Below are positions 43,361 to 59,245 of a DNA stretch of 64,000 bases, one piece after another. The position numbers and the translations under genes were made by a program. Below the pieces are notes generated by a model. It saw nothing but the letters and a program-made list of their open reading frames with translations, did not search any database and was not told the origin of the DNA. Each line of letters begins with the position of its first letter. Position 1 is the first letter of the stretch. Source of the DNA: the human T2T-CHM13v2.0 reference genome, Homo sapiens; assembly GCF_009914755.1 (NCBI RefSeq), contig NC_060931.1. One strand, given 5' to 3'.

Positions 43361-44075
43361 TATGGAGACAGTAAAAAGATCAGTGATTGCCAGAGGTCAC
43401 AGAGGAGGGGGATATGAAGCACAGATTTTTAGGGCAGTGAAACTATTCTGTATGATATGATAATGGTGATGCATGTCATTATACATTTGTCCAAACCCAT
43501 AAAATATACAACCCAAAGAGGGAGCCTTAATATAAAATCTCAACTTTGGGTGATAATGATGTCAATGTAAGTTCATCAATTGTAACAAATATACTGCTCT
43601 GGTACAGGATATTCATAGTCAGGGAGGCTGTGCAGATGTGGGGTACAGGAATATATAGGAACCCTATACTTCCTGCTCAATTTTGCTCTGAACCTGAAAC
43701 TGATCTTTGGGAGAAAAAAGTTTATGAGAAAAAGAAGCAGCAGTTAGAGCATCCTATTTTATTCTAATTTATCAATTAAATTCTAAGCTGAATATTTGGC
43801 TTTATGTATCTAGTTCAAATATATTTGCCTTGTCTCCTTATATATTAAAGCAGACCTCTATTTGTTGTTAATACCATCAGGGGAAAATGAATCATAAAGT
43901 CCTAACTAAGGTACAAATTTAAACTATAGTTAGGCATCAAATCTAATGGTCAAAGAGATATTTAAACAAAGTTAAAATAATTAAGTTTACAGATTCCACA
44001 AATATAGATATTAAAATATATTCCTATCTATACATACTTACCATTGGTAAGCAAATAATAGAAGGTATCATAGAG

Positions 44076-44540
44076 TAGCAGTTCTCAAACTACTTTTTGA
44101 TCTCAAGTTCTCTTTACATTCTTAAAAATGATTGAGAACTTTAAAGAGCTGTTGTTTATGTAGGTTATATATGTCCATATTTACTGTATTAAAATTTAAG
44201 ATAGAAAAATGTTAGACATGTGTTTGCTTAATTTAAACCCATTACATGTTACTGTAAAAGTTATTTTTATAAATAATGACTACTTTTTTTCCAAAAAATT
44301 AAGAGAAAAGTGGCATTTTTAACATTTTATAAATCTCTTATTATCTGGCTTAAGGAGAGCACTGGATTCTCATATTCTGCCTCTGCATTCAGGCTGTTGT
44401 GATATGTTGTTATACCTAAGATATGAAGAAAATTAACTGTCATACGAATTCATAGTTGAAAAAGAGAGGACCTTACAAAGCTCCGGGAAGGGTTTCAGTA
44501 ACCCCTAGGTGTTCTCAAACCTCACTTGGAGAATTACTGC
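44076..44540 (-). mobile_element. Charlie1a/b-type hAT transposon
   Basis: TIR-like ends agcagttctcaaa ... ggagaattactg; aaagagctgttgtttatgtaggttatat motif. Confidence 0.75.
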
Positions 44541-45079
44541 CAAATGGCCTTTTGCATTTCATTTGTTTGAATGTCATATATTTCCACACAGGCTTCTGTT
44601 AACACCTGAAATTATAGCCCTTTACTTATTTCAAGCTAAAACTCATATTTGTCAGCTCATATCAAACCATGACATTTCAATAAAGTTTTTAAAAGCTTTT
44701 ACTATAGCAACTCTGATGAAATTGATATTATTATTTGAATTGATATGAAAACACTTGAGATTTCATTTATATCCTTCATCTCAAACGTTTTGGAAAATTT
44801 TGAATATAAATTGTACCATCTGGAAAAAATGTAAGATTGGTATATAGTTATTAATCCAATTTTAGGTATGCTTATAACAAGGTATATCCCCTTTTATAAA
44901 AATAATTTAAAAGCGAGCTTAAAACAAAAACAAAACAAGCAATTACAGTTTTATTTATGAACTAAATACTTGATTCTAAACTTACTACCTTGGAATAAAA
45001 TTTTAAATATATAACCTTTCATTTTTATTACAAATAAAAATAATGTAAATCATCCAGTTTGGGGTTTTTTAATACAATT

Positions 45080-46730
<1,651 letters not shown>

Positions 46731-47342
46731 GACGGCCGTAGCTCAGATTTTCTAGAAAACAGTGCCTGAGACAAGCTCACATGTTAAAATTTTCTTGGGG
46801 GTTGCAGTACTAGAAAAGCAATAATGAAGGAAAAGGGAGAACAGAGGCAGGGACAGAGGGAGGAAGATCCATGGTGGTATGTTTCCAAGCTGATTATAGC
46901 ATCCCAGTACATGCAGTTGGTTGCTTAGTCACACAGGACATCTCAAGAAGGCTGTGTGAAACCACTGGGTAACAATCCTCCCTCAGGAGGGGAAAGGTTA
47001 AGGCACTTTTTTTAACTGGATCCTTCCTGCCTTCTGTCTCTCATTCATCAATGTTTGTTCCATAAAGCAGGGCAAGCATGTGGGGGAAAAAAGGTTGGGG
47101 GCAGGGAAGTGAAAATGGGTTTTATGAAGTGACTGAGATTTGTTTAATCTCACAATGTAGAATTTAAACAAATCAGTGACTTTTGGGTTTAGTGAAGACT
47201 TACCTATAATTTTAGCCTTTTTGAACTAGAATAATCATTCTGCTTGACTTTCTTATTACATCAGTAAATAATTTATTCAGGTCAAAGCCATTATTTTTGA
47301 TTAACAGAAATCACAGTCACATAAATGGCTACAGAAACTAAA

Positions 47343-47851
47343 TATAGGAGAAGGGTTCTACCACAGTGACCTGAACATTTGCATGCGCCCTTGCACATCT
47401 CCACAAAGGCCACATCAGCAAGACTTGACTGCAGCTGATCTAAGTCATGGTGGAATTCTGTTGATTCTCCTACAACATGAGATCATGAGAGGCTTGTTAA
47501 GAGCTGACCCAAGGCCATTTCTCATTCACCTCCCAGTTTCTCATTGCCTCCTGTGTTTTGAGGAGGTATGACACTTTCTGCCTCATTCTCCCTAGAATAC
47601 AGCCTCAGGCTGTAAAACTGCTTAGCTGAAGCATGACATTGGTTCCTCAGGAACAGGGTGCCCTATCATCCAGGTTGTGGTCATCTGGCCTCCTTTGTAT
47701 CAGTGTCACCCTGTGCAAGGGATACCAGAGCTGGCATCTTTGGCTACTCTTGCTTTTGCTGTCCAAGTAAGTAATAAACTGTCTGAATCTAAAAATGGCA
47801 ACTCATTGTTTTCTTACTAGCTGAATCTATCACCCTTGCCTTACCTTGACA
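47343..47851 (+). mobile_element. ERVL solo LTR (MER74/MER73-like)
   Basis: Starts tataggagaag, has gtaagtaataaactgtctgaatctaaa, ends ttgaca. Confidence 0.55.
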
Positions 47852-50269
47852 AATTCTAGGCAAGAAATTTTTACTTTCCTTAATGCTAAAGAGGTCCTTT
47901 ACTCTTTCCTCTTTGTATTTTGCTCAGCCTACAAAGTTAGTAGCCAGTAAACAAACTGATATGAAAATATGAAAGACTTAGATTCACATTTTTAGAAAGA
48001 GTAACTGTTCTCTAAGTATTTTAGGATAATTTTTGGCCAACAGTTAAAGGAGCCTTCCTTCTCCTGGCCTTGCCTTCAAATTAATTAATAGGCTATTCTT
48101 ACAAGGCAGGTCAAGATTCAGTCCTCTTAAAAAATAAAGACCAATCAGAAGGATTTTCAACAAAGTCCCTTTATTTTCTACTCACACTTAAACACTATAG
48201 TTGGTAGGGTTCAAAAAGTCTGGGAAAGAGGGAGACGAAGCAAGATGGTGAAATACAAAGCTCCACGAATCGTTCCCACTAACCCACACCAAGTTAACAA
48301 CTATCTACATGGAAAAAAACACCTTCATAAGAACAAGAAATCAGGTGAGCACTCATAGTACCTTGCTTTAACTTCATAGTGCTGAAAGAGGCAACAAAGA
48401 GAGAAAAAATAGTACTGAATTGCCAATGCCACCCCCTATTCCTCCCCGACCCCAGGAGCAGCATGGTGTGGAGAGTGTCCTTGGGTGCTGGGGGAGTGAG
48501 AACACAGCAATTGTGCGGCGTTGAACTCGGTGCTGTCTTGTTAGAGCAGAAAGGAAACCCCAAACTCAGCTGGTGTCCACCCACAGAGAGAACATTTAAA
48601 CTAGCCCTAGCCAGAGGGGGACTTGAGTGCCTGCAAACCTCGCCACCCAGGGCTACAGCTGTCTGTCTCCAAGTAAACTTGAAAGGCAGTCTAGGCCATA
48701 AGGACTACAACTCTTAGGCATATCCTAGTGCTGAAGTAGGCCCAGGACAGTGGACTGGTGGGGCATGTGACATACTGAGACACTGGATAGGTAGTCAAGG
48801 AAGTGCTGGCCTCACCCCTCTCCTAACCTCAGGCTGCACAGTTTGCAGCTCCAAAAGAGACACCTTCTTCCACTTGAAGAGAAGAGAGGGAAGAACAAGG
48901 AGAACTTTGTCCTGCATCTACGGTACAAGCTCAGCCACAACAGGATGGGGCACCAGATAGACTTGCAAGGCTGCAAGGCCCCTGTTCCAGGCCCTAGTTA
49001 CCAGAGAACATTTCTAGACACACCCTGGACCAGAAGAGAATGGCTTCAGGTAACAGCCCAGCCACAGTGGGTAGAAAATCAAGCAAGCTCTCGAGGTCCC
49101 TGATTCTAGGATTTTACTCTTGAACAGCATTTCCGGACCTGTCCTGGGCCAGAGGGGTGTCCACTACCCTGAAGGGTGAGTCCCAGGCCAGGCAGCATTC
49201 ATGACAAGCTGACTTAAGAGCTGTTGGGCATTAAGGGAACATCAGTGGTAGTCTGGCAGTACTCTTCATGGCCCGGGATGGCAGTGGCTATAGGGTAAGG
49301 CTCCTCTGCCTTTGGAAAGGGGAGGGAAGAGTGGGAAGGACAGCATCTTGTGGTTTGTTTAACAGCTCAGCCACAATACAATAGAACACCAGGTAGACTT
49401 CTAAGGTTTTTCACTCTAGTCTCTGACTCCTAGACAATGGCACTTCTGTACCCACTGGTGGGCTGGGGGACCTTCCCTCCCTGAAGGGAAGGACACAGGC
49501 CTGGCTGGCTTTGCCATCTGGTGATAGTAGAGCCCCAGGGTCTTCAGCAAACATAGGCAGTAGCCAGGGGGTGGTTATAGGAGGCCTTGGACAAGTACCA
49601 GTGCTCTGCTGGCTTCAGGTCTAACCCGGCACGGTCTTAGTGGTGGTGGCCACAGGGGTGTTTGTGTTACTCCATCCCTAGCTTTAGGTGGCTTGGAACA
49701 AAGACAGAGGCTGTTTGGGAGAAAGTAAGAAGAAAGGAACAAGAGTCTCTGCCTTGTAATCTAGAGAATTCTCCCAGATTTTGTCCAAGGCCATCAAAGC
49801 AGTACTCTGTGAGTCTGCAAGAATCATAGCATTACTGGGTTTGGGGTGCTCCCTGAAGTACATCACAACACTCACGTCCTTGTAGATCACAACACCCAAG
49901 TCCTTTCAAATATCTGGAAAGCCTTCCCAAAGATGGCTATAAATAAGCCCAGACAGTGAAGACTATAGTAAATATCCACTCTTCAATGCCCAGACACCAA
50001 AGATCATCTACTAGGATCAACACTATTCAGGAAAACATGACTTCATCAAATGAACTGAATAATGCACCAGGGATCAATCCTAGAGAAACAGAGATAGGTT
50101 GAAGAAACTCAAAAACATTCAAGATAACACAGAGAAGGAATTCAGAATAATATCAGATAAATTTAAGAAAAAGATTGAAATAACTAAGAAGAATCAAGCA
50201 GAAATTCTGGAACTAAAAAATGCAATTGGCAGACTAAAGAATCCATCAGAGTACTTTAATAGCAGAATT

Positions 50270-51340
50270 TATCGGGGAATTTGCCCTGATATTCACGTAG
50301 GTTCTTTTCTATTTTTCCGAAGTGTCAGCCAGTTTGAGAAATAAAGGGACAGAGTACAAAAGAGAGAAATTGTAAAGCTGGGCATCCGGGGGAGACATCA
50401 CATGTCGGTAGGTTCTGTGATGCCCCACAAGCCACAAAAACCAGCAAGTATTTTTTAAGGATTTTCAAAAGGGGAGGGAGTGTGCGAATAGGTATGGGTG
50501 ACAGACATCAAGTACTTAACAGGGTAATAGAATGTCCCAAGGCAAGTGGAGGCAGGGCGAGAGCACAGGACCACAGGACCGAGGTGAAATTAAAATTGCT
50601 AATGAAGTTTCAGGCACCATTGTCATTGATAGCATCTTATCAGGAGACAGGGTTTTGAGATCAACCGGTCTGACCAAAATTTATTAGGTGGGAATTTCAT
50701 CTTCCTAATAAGCCTGGGAGCGCTATGGGAGACTGGAGCTTATTTCATCTCTGCAGTTTCGACCATAAGAGACAGGCACACCTTGCGGGGGCTGTTTATA
50801 AGCCTAAACCTCCAGGCGTGTATTCTCTTTCTCAGGGATGTTCCATGCTGAGAAAAAGAATTCAGCGATATTTCTCCCATTTGCTTTTGAAAGAAGAGAA
50901 ATATGGCTCTGTTCTGCCCGGCTCACCAGCGGTCAGAATTTAAGGTTATCTCTCTTTTTTCCTAAACATTGCTGTTATCTTGTTCTTTTTTCAAGGTGCC
51001 CAGATTTCATATTGCTCAAACACACATGCTCTACAATTTGTGCAGTTAATGCAATTATTACATGGTCCTGAGGTGACATACGTCCTCCTCAGCTGACAGG
51101 ATCAGGAGATTAAAGTAAAGACAGGCATAGGAAATCACAAGGGTATTGATTGGGGAAGTGATAAGTGTCCATGAAATCTTTGCAATTTATTTTTAGAGAT
51201 TGCAGTAAAGACAGGCATAAGAAATTATAAAAGTATTAATTTGGGGAACTAATAAATGTCCATAAAATCTTCACAATCCACATTCTTCTGCCATGGCTTC
51301 AGCCGGTCCCTCCTTTTGGGGTCCCTGACTTCCCGCAACA
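50270..51340 (-). mobile_element. MER11 (HERV-K11/HML-8) solo LTR
   Basis: Reverse start tgttgcgggaagtcagggacccc; perfect 6-bp TSD agaatt (50264-50269 and 51341-51346), the length typical of ERVK. Confidence 0.93.
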
Positions 51341-51693
51341 AGAATTGATCAAGCAGAAGAAAGATTTAGGGAGCTTGAAGACAGGCTATTTGAAAATACA
51401 GCCAAAGGAGACCAAAGAAAAAAGAAAAACCAATGAAACATGCCTACAGGATCTAGAAAATAGCTTCAAAAGGGCAACTCTAAGAGTTGTTGTTCTTAAA
51501 GAGGAGGTAGAGAAGGGAATACAGGTAGAAAGCTTATTCAAAGGGACAATAACAGAGCCCAAACCTAGATAAAGATAACAACATCCATGTACAAGAAGGT
51601 AATAGAACACTAAGCAGATTTAACCCAAAGAAGACTACCTCAAGGAATTTAATAATCAAACTCCCAAAGGTCAAGGATAAAGAACAAATCCTA

Positions 51694-52021
<328 letters not shown>

Positions 52022-53623
52022 AAGCAAGAGAAAAGAAACAAATAACATACGACGGAGCTCCAATACATCTGGCAGCAGACTTTTCAATGGAAACCTTGCA
52101 GGCCAGGAGAGAGTGGCATGACATATTTAGAGTGCTGAAGGAAAAAAACTTTAAACCTAGAATAATATATTCAGTGAAAATATCCTTCAAACATGAAGGA
52201 GAAATAAAGACTTTTCTACACAAAGAAAAGCTGAGGGATTTCAGCAATACCAGCCCTGTCCTACAAGACAAGATGAAATGCTAAAGAGACTATTTCAATC
52301 AGAAAGGAAAGAACATTAATGAACAATAAATAATCACCTGAATATACAAAACTCACTGGTAACAATAAGTACAGACACAAAAAAAATTTTGTAAAACTGT
52401 AACTGTGGTATATGAACTACTCTTACCCTAAGTAGTTGAAGACTAAACAATGAACCAATCAAAAATAATAACTATAACAACTTTTCAAGACATAGTAAGT
52501 ACAATAAGATATAAATAGAAACAGCAAAAAGTTAATAAGTGGGGAAACAATGTTAAGTCATAGAGCTTTCATTAGTTTTCTTTTTGTTTGTTTATGCAAA
52601 TAGTATTAAGTTGTTATCAGGTTAAACATAATGGGTTATAAAATAGTATTAGCAAGCCTCATAGTAACCTCAAGCCAAAAAGCATACAATGGATACACAA
52701 AAGATAAACAGCAAGAAATCATATCACCAGAGAAAATCACCTTCACCAGAATACAAATAACACAAGGGCAGGAGTAAGTCTTTACTTATCAAAATTAACA
52801 TTGTATGTAATAGACTAAACTTTCCAATAGAAAAACATAGAGTGGCCGAATGGATGAAAAAACAAGACGCATTGATCTGTTGCCTACAATAAACACAACT
52901 CAGCTACAAAGACACACATAGCCTAAAAATAAAGAGATGGAAAAAGATATTCTGTGACAATGAAAACCAAGAAAGAACAGGAGTTGCTGTACTCATATCA
53001 GGCAAAGGATATTTCAAGACAAAACCTAGAAGAAACAAAGGTCAGTATATAATGATAAAGGGGTCAATTCAGCAAGAGGACATAACAGTTTTAAATATAT
53101 ATGCACCCAACAGTGGAGCACCCAGATTCATAAAGGAAATATTATTACCACTAAAGAGAGAGATAGACCCCAAGGCAATAATAGCTGGAGACTTTTACAC
53201 CCCACTTTCAGCAGAAAGACAGATCTTCCAGATAAAAATCAACAAAGAAACATCAGATTAATAGACATTTACAGACCATTCCATCCACGAGCTGCAGATA
53301 CACATTCATTTCCTCAGCACACGGATCATTCTCAAAGATAGATCCTATGTTAGGTCATAAAACAAATATTAAAACATTCAAAAAATTGAAATAATATCAA
53401 GCATCTTCTCTGACCACAATGGAATAAAACTAGAAATCAATAAGAAGAATTTTGAAAACTATACAAATACATGGAAATTAGACCATGTGCTCCTGAATGA
53501 TGAGCAGGTCAATGAAGAAATTAAGAAGAAAATTGAAAAGTTTCTTGAAACAAATGATAAAGGAAATATGACATACCAAAACCCATGGGACACAGCAAAA
53601 GCAGTACTAAGAGGGAAGTTTAT

Positions 53624-53712
53624 TTATGTTGGTGCAAATGTAATTGTGGTTTTTGCCATTAAAAGTAATTAAAAGTAATGGCAAAACCACAATTATGTTT
53701 GCACCAACCTAA
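53624..53712. mobile_element. MADE1 (Hsmar1 MITE; source family of miR-548)
   Basis: Hsmar1 TIRs tta(t)gttggtgcaaa...tttgcaccaacctaa with TA duplication; palindromic. Confidence 0.93.
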
Positions 53713-56029
53713 TAACTATAAGTGCCTAAATCATAAAACAGGAAAACTTCAAATAAGCAATCTAAGGATGCCTCTTAAAGAACTGGAAAAGCAAAAGCAA
53801 GCCAAATCCAAAATTAGGAGAAGAAAATTAGTAGAAGAAAAGAAATAATAAAGATCAGAGTAGAGATAAATAAAATTGAAATGAAAAAAATACAAAAGAC
53901 CAATGAAATAAAAAGTAGGTTTTTTGAAAAGATTAACAAAATCGACAAACCTTTAACCAAACTAAGAAAAAAAGAGAAAGAAATCCAAATAAATAAAATC
54001 AGAAATGAAAAAAGAGACATTAAAACTGATACTACAGAAATTCAAAGGCCCATTAGTGGCTACTATGAGCAACCAGATGCCAATGAATTGGAAAATATAG
54101 ACAAAATGAACAAATTGCCAGATACATACAACCTACCAAGACTGAACCAGGCAGCAATCCAAAACCTGAACAGACCAATAACAAGTAACAAGATTGAAGC
54201 CATAATAAAAAGTCTCCCAGTAAAGAAAAGACTGAGACGTGATGGCTACACTACTGAATTCTATCAAACTTTTAAATAAGAACTAATGCCAATCCTACTC
54301 AAACTATTCTATAAAATAGAAGAGGAGAGAAGACTTCCAACCTCATTCTACAAGGCCAATATTACCCTGATACCAAAAGTAGACAAAGACACATTTAAAT
54401 AAATAAATAAATAAATAAGTAAGTATAAGCCAATATCTGATGAATATCGATGAAAAAATTCTCAATAAATTCCACGACCAAGTGGAATTTATTCCAGGGT
54501 TGCAAGGATGGTTCAACATGTGCAAATCAGCCAGTGTGATGCATCATATCAACAGAATGAAGGAAAAAAACCACATGATCATTTCAATTCATGTTGAGAA
54601 AGCATCTGATAACATTCAAAATCCCTTTATGATAAAAACCCTCAAACAACTGGGGATAGAAGGAACATGTCTCATCATAATAATAGCTATATATGACAGA
54701 CCCACAGCAAGCATCAAAATGAATAAGGAAAAACTGAAAGCCTCTCCTCTAAGGTCTGGAACATGACAAAGGTACCCTCTGTCAACAGTGTTATTCAAGT
54801 TATACTGGAAGTCCTAGATAGACCAATCAAACTAGAGAAAGATGTAAAGGACATTCAAATAGGAAAGGAGGAAGTCAAATTATCCTTGTTTACAGATGAT
54901 ATTATATTTGGAAAAACCTAAAGACTCCACAAGAAAACTATTAGAAATGATCAACAAATTCAGTGAAGTTTCAGGATATAAAATCAACATACAAAAATCA
55001 GTAGCATTTCTATATGCCAACAGTGAACAATGTGAAAAACAAATTTAAAAAGTAATCCCATTTACAATAACCACACATAAAATTAAATACCTGGGAATTA
55101 ATTTAACCAAAGAAGTGAAAAATCTCTATAATGAAAATGATAAAACACCAATTGAAGAAATTGAAGAGGACACCAAAAAAATGAAGAAATATTCCATATG
55201 CATGGATTTGAAGAATCAATATTGTTAAAAGGCCCATACTACCCAAAGAATTACAGATTCAATGCAATCCCTGTCAAAATATCAATGGCATTCTTCGCAG
55301 AAATAGAAAAAACAATCCTAAAATTTATATGGAACCACAAAATACCCAGGTTAGCCAAAGCTCTCCTGAGCAAAAGGAACAAAATTGGAGGAATCACATT
55401 ACCTGACTTCAAATTATGCTACAGAGCTATAGTAACCAAAACAGCATGGTACTGGCATAAAAACAGACACAGAGACCAATGGAACAAAATAGAGAACCTA
55501 GAAAAAAATCCACACATCTACAGTGAACTCGTTTTTGACAAAGGTGCCAAGAACATACACTGAGGAAAAGACAGTCTCTTCAATAAATAGCACTGGGAAA
55601 ACTGGATATTTAAATACAGAAGAATGAAATTTGACCCCTATCTCTCACCGTATACAAAAATCAAACTGAAATGGATTAAAGACTTAAATTGAAGACCTCA
55701 AACTACGAAACTACTGCAAGAAGACAGTGGGGAAAATCTTCAGGACATTGGGTTGTGTAAAAATTTCTTGAGCCATACTCCACAAGAACAGGCAGCCAAA
55801 GCAAACATGGGCAAAAGGGATCACATCAAGTTAAAAAGCTCCTGCACATCAAAGGAAATCAGCAGAGTGAAGAGACAACCCACAGAATGGGAATAAATAT
55901 TTGTGAACTCCCCATTTGACAAGGGATTAGTACCCAGAATATAGAAGGACCTCAAACAACTCTATAGGAGAAAAAAAAATCTAATAATTCAATCAAAATA
56001 TGGACCAAAGATGTGAATAGACATTTTTC

Positions 56030-56842
56030 TTTATTTTTTATTTTTTTACTTTTTTTTAAAATTATACTTCAAGTTCTAGGGTACATGTGCACAATGTGCA
56101 GGTTTGTTACATATGTATACATGTGCCATGTTGGTGTGCTGCACCCATTAACTCATCATTTACATTAGGTATATCTCTTAATGCTAACCCTCCCGACTCC
56201 CCCCACACCACGACAGGCCCCAGTGTGTGATGTTCCCCTTCCTATGTCCAAGTGTTCTCATTGTTCAATTCCCACCTATGAGTGAGAACAAGCGGTGTTT
56301 GGTTTTCTGTCCTTGCGATAGTTTGCTCAGAATGATAGATTCCAGCTTCATTCATGTCCCTACAAAGGACATGAAGTCATCATTTTTTATGGCTGCATAG
56401 TATTCCATGGTGTATATGTGCCACATTTTCTTAATCCAGTCTATCATTGATGGACATTTGGGTTGGTTCCAAGTCTTTGCTATTGTGAATAGTGCCACAA
56501 TAAACATACGTGTGCATGTGTCTTTGTAGCAGTATGATTTATAATCCTTTGGGTATATACCCAGTAATGGGATGGCTGGGTCAAATGGTATTTCTAGTTC
56601 TAGATCCTTGAAGAATCGCCACACTGTCTTCCACAATGATTGAACTGGTTTACAGTCCCATCAACAGTGTAAAAGTGTTCCTATTTCTCCACATCCTCTC
56701 CAGCACCTGTTGTTTCCTGACTTTTTAATGATTGCCATTCTAACTGGTGTGAGATGGTATATCATTGTGGTTTTGATTTGCATTTCTCTGATGGCCAGTG
56801 ATGATGAGCATTTTTTCATGTGTCTGTTGGCTGCATAAATGT
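56030..56842 (-). mobile_element. 5'-truncated L1PA (PA4/5-like), antisense inside the host L1
   Basis: Reverse L1PA 3'UTR and ORF2 end (ORF 56352-56636 WRFFKDLELEIPFDPAIPLLGIYPKD); duplicated flank atgtgaatagacatttttc (56011-56029 and 56839-56857). Confidence 0.95.
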
Positions 56843-57577
56843 GAATAGACATTTTTCAAAAGAAGACATACAAATAGCAAACAGGCATATGAAAAGGTGC
56901 TCAACATAATTAATCATCAGAGAAATGGAAATCAAAACTACAATGAGATATAATATCATCCCAGTCATAATAGCTTACGTCCAAAAGACAGGCAATAAGA
57001 AATGCTGGTGAGGATATGGAGAAATAGGAATCCTTATACACTGTTTCTAGGAATGTAAATTAGTACAACCACTGTGGAGAACAATTTGGAAGTTCCTCAA
57101 AAAACTAAAACTTGAGCTACTGTGTGATTCAGCAATCCCACTGCTGGGTATATACCAAAAAGAAAGAAAAGCAATACATCAAAGAGATCTCTGCACTCCT
57201 ATGTTGGTTGCAGTACTGTTTACAATAGCTAAGATTTGGAAGCAACTTAAGTGTTCATCAGCAAGTAATGGATAAAGAAAATGTGGTACATATAAACAAT
57301 GGAATACTATTCAGTCATAAAAAAGAATGGAATCCAGTCATTTGCAACAATATGGATGGAAGTGGAGATCATTTGTGAAGTGAAATAAGCTAGGCACTGA
57401 AAGACAAACATCACATGTTCTCACTTATTTGTAGAATCTAAAAATCAAAATAATTGATCTCATGGAGATAGGGAGTAGAAGGATGGTTACCAGAGGCTGG
57501 GAAGTGTAGTGGGAGGGTTGGGGGAGGTGGGGATGGTTAATGGGTACCAAAAACATTAGTTAGAAAGAATGAATAAG

Positions 57578-57875
57578 GCTGGGTGTAGTGGCTCACACCT
57601 ATAATCCCAGCACTTTTGGAGGCCAAGGCGGGCAGATCACTTGAGGCCAGGAGTTCAAGAGCAGCCTGGCCATCATGGCAAAACCCTGTCTCTACTAAAA
57701 ATACAAAAATTAGCCAGGGTGGTGGTGCACAGCTGTAATCCCAGGTACTCAGGAGGCTGAGGCATGAGAATCACTTGAACCCAGGAGGTGGAGGTTGCAG
57801 TGAACTGAGATTGCATCACTCACTGTATTCCAGCCTGGTGACAGAGGGAGACTCTGTCTCAAAAAAAAATAAAAG
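57578..57875 (+). mobile_element. AluS in the L1 3'UTR
   Basis: Full Alu; flank gaataag repeated. Confidence 0.9.
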
Positions 57876-57892
57876 AAAAAGAAAAAGAGAAA

Positions 57893-57942
57893 GTACCCTA
57901 AAACTTAAAATATAATAATAATAAAATAAAAAATAAAAATAA
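57893..57942 (+). mobile_element. Extremely 5'-truncated young L1PA 3' terminus in the Alu tail
   Basis: gtaccctaaaacttaaaatataataa plus A tail; TSD aaaaagaaaaagagaaa (57876-57892 and 57943-57959). Confidence 0.8.
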
Positions 57943-59245
57943 AAAAAGAAAAAGAGAAAAGAAAAAGAATAAGACCTACTATTTGATAGCACAACAGAGT
58001 GACTCTTAAGTCAATAATAACAAACAATTGTATATTTTAAAGTAACTTAAAAAGTATAATTAGATTGTAGCTCAAAGGATAACTACTTGATGGGATGGAT
58101 ACAAAAAGTTTATAGGAATAAATAAAGCAAATTTTGAACTAACAAAAAAAGATAGGAAAAGCTAGAATAAAAAAGAGAAGCATCAAAGATCAAGCTCCAT
58201 AGACATGCCCTACTCAGATTTTCACAGGTAGGTGATCTGCCTCTGTCTTTTATATACAAGATGATTGATAATGATGTTAACCAATTACAACTTTGCCTTT
58301 CTTATTTGGTACACTGAGAGGCAGGGTTCCTCTCTTCTTTTATAAGCTTATAATAAAGTAGAAAACAGAAAAATAAGTGAGGGCAAAACATAAAAGCTAG
58401 TGAATATCTCATCTTTTTCATTTCTTTATCACAACATATGTAGATTATCTCTTGGTAATGGAAATACATAAGCCTTGCTAAATGACTATCCTAGTAATAG
58501 TTGACCAAATCCTTAGATCCATGAATGAAGGAAGCAGTTATGTAGGAGACCCGGGCCTGCCTCACATTTTGTCCAGGGATTTCCTGGTACTCTACAGTGG
58601 GGGTAAAAAAACGGGGGGGACTGGTTTTGATTGACTTTTTATTGATAATCCTGAGATATCTGAAAGAATTCCTTAAATTATCTAATGAATTAGCCAGATA
58701 ACAATTACAAACCAGCAATTTATAGTAACTAGTAATGGGAGAAACAATTCAAAATAAAACCACACATGGTAAAAATTTGTTGAAATAAAAACCAACCCAA
58801 GATTCATATCTTCATATCTTGTTAATAACTATAAAAACCAAAAACACTGAGAGAGTAGATTTAGCTGGAATAATAAACACAAAATAATGAAGCAATGGCT
58901 AAGCCTGCACATGATCAAAATATATTATTGACTACAGTTAACAAATTCTATTTTCATTCATCTGAGAATGTCTTTATTTCCCACTGATTTCTGAAGCAAT
59001 ATATTTTCATCAGATAGAATTGACAGTTCTTTTCTTTCAGTACTTGAAAATGTTTTGTTATTAATACTTCCTTTTCGCCTCCAGATGAGAAATCTGCTCT
59101 CACTCAAATTGGTGTACCCCTCTATAAGTTATGTGCTGTTTCCCTCTGGATGCTTTCAGTACTTTATTTGTCTTTACTATTCAAAAGTTTAATTGAAATG
59201 TCTTGGCATGGATTTCTCCTATTTGGGGTTCACTCCATCTCCTAT

